In this document: positions 57,101 to 64,000 of the stretch, one piece after another
How the letters are laid out: every line of letters starts with the position of its first letter
How positions within the stretch are numbered: position 1 is the first letter of the stretch
From: Tubulanus polymorphus
Lineage: Eukaryota > Animalia > Nemertea
Assembly: GCF_964204645.1 (NCBI RefSeq)
Contig: NC_134028.1
Location: 620,001-684,000, forward strand
Length of the DNA: 64,000 bases
Reading direction: 5' to 3'
Translations under genes and position numbers: made by a program
The notes under the pieces: generated by a model
Database searches by the model: none
What the model saw: only the letters and a program-made list of their open reading frames with translations
What the model was told of the DNA's origin: nothing

Positions 57101-59706
57101 CATAAATCCATTTTATTTGGATAAATGAAATTGCAAGTGTATTTAGGCAGGGTGTGGTTCAGTGAATTTGTTGACGGTTACATAATGATTATCAACATCA
57201 ATATCAGATGAGTTAAAGTTTAAATGTATTGTTTGTTGAAGGTTGGAGCCGTTATTAGCCAGGATACACGAACACAGGACGGCCATTGTTACACCGGAAA
57301 TGTACGCAATATCAGCGCAGAATCTGGAATTCTGGGAGGGCGGTGCTTGGTCGTGGGCGTTCACGGGAAGTTTCAAATGGGATTTACGTTTTGAATGGAT
57401 CAGAATTAAACAAACTCGTGATGTTAATCACGTATCTAGTATTGAACCAGTTCGGTAAATTAACGATTCGAATATTATTCTATATGATTGTTTAATATGA
57501 TGTTATTCTAATAACGATATTTTCTTATAGATCTCCGACTATGGTCGGTTGTGTATTCGCGATGCGAAGAGATTATTTTCTTGAACTCGGAGGTTACGAC
57601 GAAGGAATGGATATTTGGGGTGGAGAAAATATCGAATTACCTTTCAGAGTAAATTGTTTGAAGCTCGAGTCTAATGTTTTGGATCATTAAAGTATTGAAT
57701 GATCTCTGTTCTATGTTTCTCTTATGATTAGGCTTGGATGTGCGGGGGCAGTCTCGAAATTATACCCTGTTCGAAAGCTGGTCACATCTGGAAGCCTTTC
57801 CATACTTACAGTTCAACCGGTAGGTGGCATTACGGTGGTCAACACTTAATATATCTCATTTCAAATAAATATTTTGAGGATTGTCGGAGAGGATAGGCGG
57901 CATAGGGTGGTGTGGGGGAGGGGTGGAATAGGCGGGCGGTTCTTTATGCCAAAAAGGAAAACTTTCCCACCAAATAGGGATTTCAAAACATGGTTGCGCC
58001 CAGTGAGCTGAGCATGAGCCCTAACCCTAAGTCAACCCTAACCCTAGCTCGACCGTAACCCTAACCCTAGCAGGACTCGAACCCGCAAACTCGAGCACGT
58101 CAGCCGAGCATGCTAACCACTAGACCATAGTCGACTGGCGATTTACTGGGTCTGTGAGTTTGACTGGTCAGTGGAGTGACTCTATTTACATAATACACGC
58201 TATCATTCTCCCTTTCTTATCAGACCCTACAACCAGGAGTTAGGGGACATTTTTCAACCTAAAACGGCATCTTTCAGGGATAACTAAAAAGTAAATAAGA
58301 CACTGAATACACGAAATACATTTTGCAAGTATTTCACAAACAGCGAGAGTATATAGCATCATTGATTTTCACGTAGTTCAGTTGTCGCAATCATTGCCCT
58401 CGTTACGCCTCAGTGTACCATGTGTAGAAAGCCCTCGTTACGTCTCAGTGTAACATGTGTAAAATATAGCTTTAATTCTAGTTTATGTCGTGCTGTGACA
58501 TGGATGGCAGCCAAGAATTGTATTCCGCCTTCAGCTGCTTTTTTACAACCGTCGCAACTCAATATATACCGATCTTATACTTTAAGGTGATACAATGAGC
58601 ATCAACTCTAAACGGGTCGCTGAAGTTTGGATGGATGATTATAAACATTACTTCTATGAGTTCATTCCAAACATGAAGGTATGAAGTCCCACAAACAAAG
58701 TTTACCAGAATTAATATAAGTTATTCATTCTGAACTCAAAATCTTCAGGAATACAAACTTCCGGCGAATATTGAAAAACAACATGAACTCAGACGGAAAT
58801 TGAATTGTAAATCTTTTGATTGGTATCTCGAAAATGTGGCTCCCTTCAAATTCGTCCCATTGAAACATGCCGTTATCTATGGCCAGGTAAAACCATAACT
58901 CAGATTTTATCATCTGTAAATTGAATGATGAAATCAACGAGTATTTATCAGTTGTATTTTCTATTTCACAGATAAGAAACGGTAAAACAGGTTTGTGTTT
59001 GAGTAAACCTGATATTGGTCCATTCAGTCATAAAACATGCTCGACTGAGAAGGATTATACACAGGTAAGATCAATCTTCGATATCTTTTATTCATCATTG
59101 AATTATTGTTCATGAATTCAGAAATCCTTGAAAAAAATTCTCATTTGCATTTGTTTGGTTTACTGTAATTCTTTCTATATGTACATATGGCTGGATAACC
59201 AGTCAGTGTCCCATGGAACCATGGTCTCATTGCGGCTTGAAGCATCATTGAGCCATGGGCCTTTTGAACTACTGACTAATGTTATGGTATTTTCTATGAC
59301 GTCAGATGTTCGCGTACGCTAAAGACAATAGATTAAGAACAGAGTATAGATGTATAACAGCGGAAGGCAAAGAAGGCGAAGAAATAATCGATACTGATTG
59401 TACAGATGACCGGAAGCGAATGGAATGGCAACATTCTCCGGTAAATAATACTTCCGGTGAAAAAGTGTATTTGATAATGAAATATACGAAGCTAATTTCA
59501 ACGTGAAATGAAGTTAGTTCTGTAGATAACGATGTTTCATGTATTTTCAGAGCGGAGGACAATTCAAACACACACTCAGTGGTAAATGTATCGAGGCGCA
59601 AATCGATAAAGCGGCGATTGTTTTAAAGACCTGTTCCCTAGATCAACTTCAATCGTGGACATTTATAGAAAGACGCGACATGCTGTCTTTAGGTGTCGGA
59701 CTATGA
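54108..59706 (+). CDS. GALNT: Polypeptide N-acetylgalactosaminyltransferase (GT27, type II membrane, ricin lectin domain)
   Basis: Exons 54108-54402, 54690-54780, 54870-55045, 56270-56453, 57242-57454, 57531-57648, 57732-57819, 58587-58678, 58749-58886, 58972-59064, 59306-59440, 59551-59706. FHNE, LVDDAS, GLIR, LDSHCE (DxH), [38 protein letters not shown]; AATAAA ~59748. Paralog number not assignable. Confidence 0.95.
55185..56195 (+). mobile_element. 5'-truncated, frameshifted non-LTR retrotransposon 3' end (RTE-X/L2-like ORF2 C-terminus)
   Basis: YACEVWG...ELGRYPL...MINFW, later [16 protein letters not shown] zinc-knuckle; ends AATAAA plus (ATCCTA)n tail; within GALNT intron 3. Confidence 0.8.
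56472..57062. repeat. ~20-bp C-rich intronic minisatellite (CCTCAACTCCCTGGCCTCA)n
   Basis: About 29 copies starting ~18 bp after the donor at 56454. Confidence 0.94.
58015..58250 (-). mobile_element. tRNA-derived SINE-like element with TTAGGG-like tract
   Basis: On - strand: TGGTCTAGTGG A box, GGTTCGAGTCC B box; shares TCTTATCWGACCC flank with the copy at ~15270. Confidence 0.6.
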
Positions 59707-61439
59707 AATAATCGGTCACAATTCACTCGGATTTATATAAATATGAAAATAAAGTATTCTATTTATCAGAAACGACCGAATTTCTAGACGTAGTAGCGTA
59801 TATGGTAGTTCTGCTAATAGTTGAAAGATGTCGCTAGTGTTCACAGTTCAAGTTGGTTGAAACATGTCTTTGACTTCATCTTCAATGATTGCAATCTGTT
59901 TCATTTGCTAATAGCTTAACGTATAGAATAACTGTAGCGGGAAACTTGACGCCATACGAGATTAGAACTCGTTACACAACATTTAAAAATCACACACATG
60001 TCTAGAATTCGCGATTGACCGCCGAGTATCTCTGAATAAACACTGGAAACAAGTCTAGATCACGAGCCGATTCGGTTAGATTGCTTAGAAACTGGGTTAT
60101 GTTACTGAGTGACGTCACCGGTATCTGTAGGTCTGGGTTAAGTCGTTGGTTTAACGGTTGATCGATGGAGGTCATGTTATGTGTAACGGAGTGTAAATAT
60201 GTATTCTACGTGAATGGACTAGCCAATCAGATCGAAGCATTCCATCTTTTGGCGTATACTTTTTTTATAAACAAACTGAAATGAGCCCCGGCACGTGAGT
60301 TTAGACAGTTAGTTTATCTCATACGCTTTGTAACACAGTGCAGCGTGGAGCGGGAGATGGGGAGAGATTCTGCAGCCCGACTTTTGAATAATTGATTCCA
60401 ACCGTTTTTCATCTTCTGCGTAGGAGTGAATATTCGAATAGGGGAGTGAGGGGGCGAAGAATGAGGGAGTGAGAGGTGGAGAATGAGGGGATTAAGAGGC
60501 GGAGAATGAGGGGGAGTTATTAGTTAGACCTGATTCTCTGCGGTCCAACTGCGGCAGAATAATCCGTAATTTACTGTTACCCAAACCATGAGTTAAACAA
60601 TGTAATTTATACCGGTGTAAATTAATCACAAAATTCGATCTCTCGGGAATAGAGCTGTAGCGAGCGACTAACTAAATTTAGTATTCACTTCCCCAAACAA
60701 CTGGCCGTCAACGCCGTCAGGCAATTTGTTCAGACGCCTATAAAACAACATCGTAAATAAACGAACGAGTTTTATTTACAAAAGAAATTCGATTGAATGT
60801 AAATATTCTTGGCGTTTGGGGACATTTGTAGCGCAGCAAATCTCCGTTCGAAATTGCGGTTGTTTTTCCTTGGCGGCGTGTTATTTGTGAATTCCTTGTT
60901 TTCTGTCAATTCAAAACTATTACACGAAACAGGTTTTTCTTACACATTCAAAATTCCTCTTACCAGATTTACCGCTGTATGAGTAAACGACATTCTTACT
61001 AATATATACAAGTATTTAGTTCCATCTTTAGTTCATTAATTCAGGAAATCTTAATTCACTCCAAATGGCGCTAATTCATATAAATGCGTTCGTGTAAAAA
61101 TGCGCATATTTTCATACATTTTTTAGAGTGCGTTTATTCTTGAAAAGTACAACTTGAATAGAAAGTAGAATCGTCGTTAGTTTTGAATTTAGGAAGGACT
61201 TCTTGGATTTAATCTGATGATTCATTATTTTACACTCTTGTGGTGATTAATTGAAAATGAATACTTTGAACAAACTCTGACAAACAACAACTCGGAGACT
61301 TCCCGCAGAACCCTGACTACCTCCTACAACTCGGAGACTCCCGCCCAAACCTCATTTGGGTCTGGCTTTATTGCATCATAAAGGATTTGAAACGAATAGT
61401 CCAACTCCAGTTATTAATTGTATCCATTATGAGTTCCGT

Positions 61440-61545
61440 GGATATGGGAAGGGTAGGGGCTGAGGGAATATGGGAAGGGTAGGGGCTGAGGGGATATGGG
61501 AAGGGTAGGGGCTGAGGGGATATGGGAAGGGTAGGGGCTTAGGGG
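61440..61545. repeat. 26-bp G-rich repeat x4 (GGATATGGGAAGGGTAGGGGCTGAGG), G-quadruplex-prone
   Basis: Direct tandem copies with G-runs of three or more. Confidence 0.85.
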
Positions 61546-62059
61546 GTTTGTTTGTTTATTTGTATTAGAAAGCTATTTATTTTCAATCGCAGATCATTAT
61601 CAATAACCCGACGTACAGTGACACTGTGACACAGTGTCATAAAGTGACTGACTGTGGCTTCATTTTCATATCCACACGATAATTGAGTCCCTGGTTAAAA
61701 CAATAAATCACGTGATCAGCACGTCGTTACAATGTTTACTGTAACTGGTGGTAAATCAAAGGCAATCAGTTAATCGTATAACAGGCTGTATATACATTAT
61801 TAACCAATCTACAGTCGGGCTGTGGTCTTAATCAGGTCGTCACTAGTAATTATTCATTGTTATGATTTGTATCGAGGGGATTATTTGTTCCCAAATGTAA
61901 CTGGTGTATGTCGCAATATGCCATCAAAGGGACAAAAACTGTGTAACACAGTGTAACAAATCAAACATCCATCTCTCTATCGTGTTACGTCTAAACTGTT
62001 GAATATATCAATCTTCGAATCCAATTGCACGAGAGATAAAGCCTGAGTGGACTCAGTTG

Positions 62060-62127
62060 ATTCAGTTCCACAGTTCCATGATGGTGATGAGTTTGAGTTC
62101 ACTCTGAGTTGCAGTGGAACTGGATCA
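62060..62127. mobile_element. Unexpanded copy of the GATYCAGTTCCAC TIR element
   Basis: GATTCAGTTCCACAGTTCC...GCAGTGGAACTGGATC. Confidence 0.55.
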
Positions 62128-63061
62128 GTGATTCTGATAGTTTACCACACTAGGATAGTTTATAACCAGTGGCCTGCGATTTCTCTCAGTACAGATTTGT
62201 TGCTTCTCTCACTCTCTCCCTCTCCCTCTCTCGCTCGCTCTCTCGTCTCTCTCTCTCTCTCCCTCTCCCTCTCGCGCTCGCGTCAGAGACAATAGGAAAT
62301 ACTTGTAGACGAACGACCACATTTAAAACTTATTCATCGCATAAAAACATGCGTATATAGATTATGTTATGAAGTGCACTCGAATCAGTGCAACTCATGC
62401 AATTCGAAGAGAAGCACTTGCTCAGAAACACAGGAATAATAACCGTTAAAAAGATTTTTATCGGGTGGCAGACTATTTTTCTTCTGTTGAGTGTTATCAG
62501 TTTTAAACCAGCGCAGATTAGAAGTAAATTCGGGATTAGTGTTTAGATATTAGATATGGTTTCACTGCGCTAAACACTAAATTTCATAATTATATATAAT
62601 ATGGTTAACAATAGATGGACGTTGTTGGACCAATCAGAGAACAGCTGCATGACGCTGGAGTATATGGTCAGTTAGACGTATATTATAACAGGGATCAACT
62701 CTCACTGATTTCAATTCCCTTTTGCAATCAGCAACAAAACCAACACCAGCATCATTCGTCAGAGTAGAAATAAACATCACAAAACTGTGGTCGCGTCGAG
62801 ATCGCTGCGGCAGAGTCAGAGAGAGCTGCGGGTGATTAACTGCCGTGGATTGTGTGTAGACACTGGAACTACCAGTTAAGTGCACCAAACAAATCCAAAA
62901 AAAAACTTAGAGAAAGACAAGTTCTCGGGATTAGCGCTGGATTTAGTACTTTACTGCAGAGATAAACCCGACAGATAAGAGTTATATAGATTCACACGAG
63001 AAAGACAAAACGACAGTGGGAATTAGCTGTCGCACGCACTGCGCCCGTAGATAGAGAGAGA

Positions 63062-64000
63062 ATGATTAATGATTCGGATATGGATGGAATTAATGCGACT
63101 GCCTCGTTTGGTGTAAGTAACAATACTATAGTGAATATAGTTGCTCAGATATTAGTTTATGGCATCCTTCCTTTATCGTTCGTTATCGGAACAATCGGTA
63201 ATATCTGGGCATTGAAAGTATTACTGTCTCCTCACTATACTAAATCATCGACTGGTATTTATATGATCGCTTTAGAGATATTCGATATATCTGTCGTGTC
63301 GATCGCGACTCCCGTTCTATTTGTGAGGATCGTTTTCGAAATGGAAGCGCTGAGTAATGAATTCTGTCAGTTTTATTATTTCCTGTTGATGTTTACTTCT
63401 TCGTCGTCGAATTTAACGATGGCTTTTATGAGTATCGATCGATTGTTTGTCGTCTGGTCGCCGTTCAGAGCTAAAGCGATTTGTACGCCGAAAAAAGCCC
63501 GGATCGTTCTGGCCATCATGGTGATTCTGTTAACAGGATATAGTGTCGGTAGAATCGTTCCCGTTCGTATGTACGACTACGGAACATTGAAAGATTGTGA
63601 TTATCCACTCGGTGGAAATGCCAGACTTTTCGTGTCTTTTTTCCACAACGTGATTCAATTTTTGTTGCCGTTTGTCATCATATTTACTTGTAACGTCACG
63701 ATCGCCACAATACTCGTGTTACAAGCTGGAAAACGTAAAGATATGACAACTGGAACTTCTAAATCACAGAAAAACTTAACTATCATGTTGATTAGTATTT
63801 CTACTGTGTTTCTCGTGTTGAATCTACCTCTGTTCGCATATCGTATATTAAAGTATATGTCGAATGTTGACAGGATAGTATTGAATCTAACCTACTGGGT
63901 GGCCAGGGGTTTCACCGGTTTAAATTCAGCTGTGAATTTCTATCTTTATTGCATGACATCTCAAAGATTTCGAGCACAACTTTGTAAACGTGGTCACAGA
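63062..64000 (+). CDS. Intronless class A (rhodopsin-like) GPCR, FMRFamide/peptide-receptor-like orphan; 3' end outside the window
   Basis: Open frame MINDSDMDGINATAS...; TM1 GTIGN, TM3 C...MSIDRL, P-F-R after TM3, TM5 LLPF..IF..N, TM6 FLVLNLP, TM7 NSAVNFYLY, helix 8 RFR. Missing from the ORF track because it has no stop in the window. Confidence 0.93.
   Translation, partial: MINDSDMDGINATASFGVSNNTIVNIVAQILVYGILPLSFVIGTIGNIWALKVLLSPHYTKSSTGIYMIALEIFDISVVSIATPVLFVRIVFEMEALSNEFCQFYYFLLMFTSSSSNLTMAFMSIDRLFVVWSPFRAKAICTPKKARIVLAIMVILLTGYSVGRIVPVRMYDYGTLKDCDYPLGGNARLFVSFFHNVIQFLLPFVIIFTCNVTIATILVLQAGKRKDMTTGTSKSQKNLTIMLISISTVFLVLNLPLFAYRILKYMSNVDRIVLNLTYWVARGFTGLNSAVNFYLYCMTSQRFRAQLCKRGHR

Noticed and set aside
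56451-57124. Pro/Leu/Ser-rich ORFs inside GALNT
   Set aside because: Translations of the intronic minisatellite; the exon ends at 56453

Overview
AT-rich, intron-containing animal DNA, most consistent with a bilaterian invertebrate (probably lophotrochozoan; this is inference). I reconstructed the genes by hand from GT-AG exons. On + are PSD/EFA6 Arf6-GEF (5' part outside the window, with candidate alternative PDZ-ligand last exons), a carboxypeptidase E-like gene, TYW3, an orphan single-pass membrane protein with a GC-AG intron, an unprocessed TXNL1 pseudogene, a polypeptide GalNAc-transferase carrying an intronic LINE fragment, and an intronless class A GPCR that runs off the right end. On - are folliculin (head-to-head with the TXNL1 pseudogene), a decayed zinc-finger-like remnant and a divergent calmodulin-like gene. 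Introns and UTRs are packed with locus-specific minisatellites, several derived from MITE ends. Also present are long foldback elements, tRNA-derived elements, a 76-bp tRNA-like satellite found at two loci with the same hairpin, and a ~10 kb region (39-49 kb) of old repeats holding two related spliced non-coding-looking units. Most short ORFs in the supplied track are repeat or antisense artefacts. Coordinates were counted by eye and repeat boundaries are approximate.
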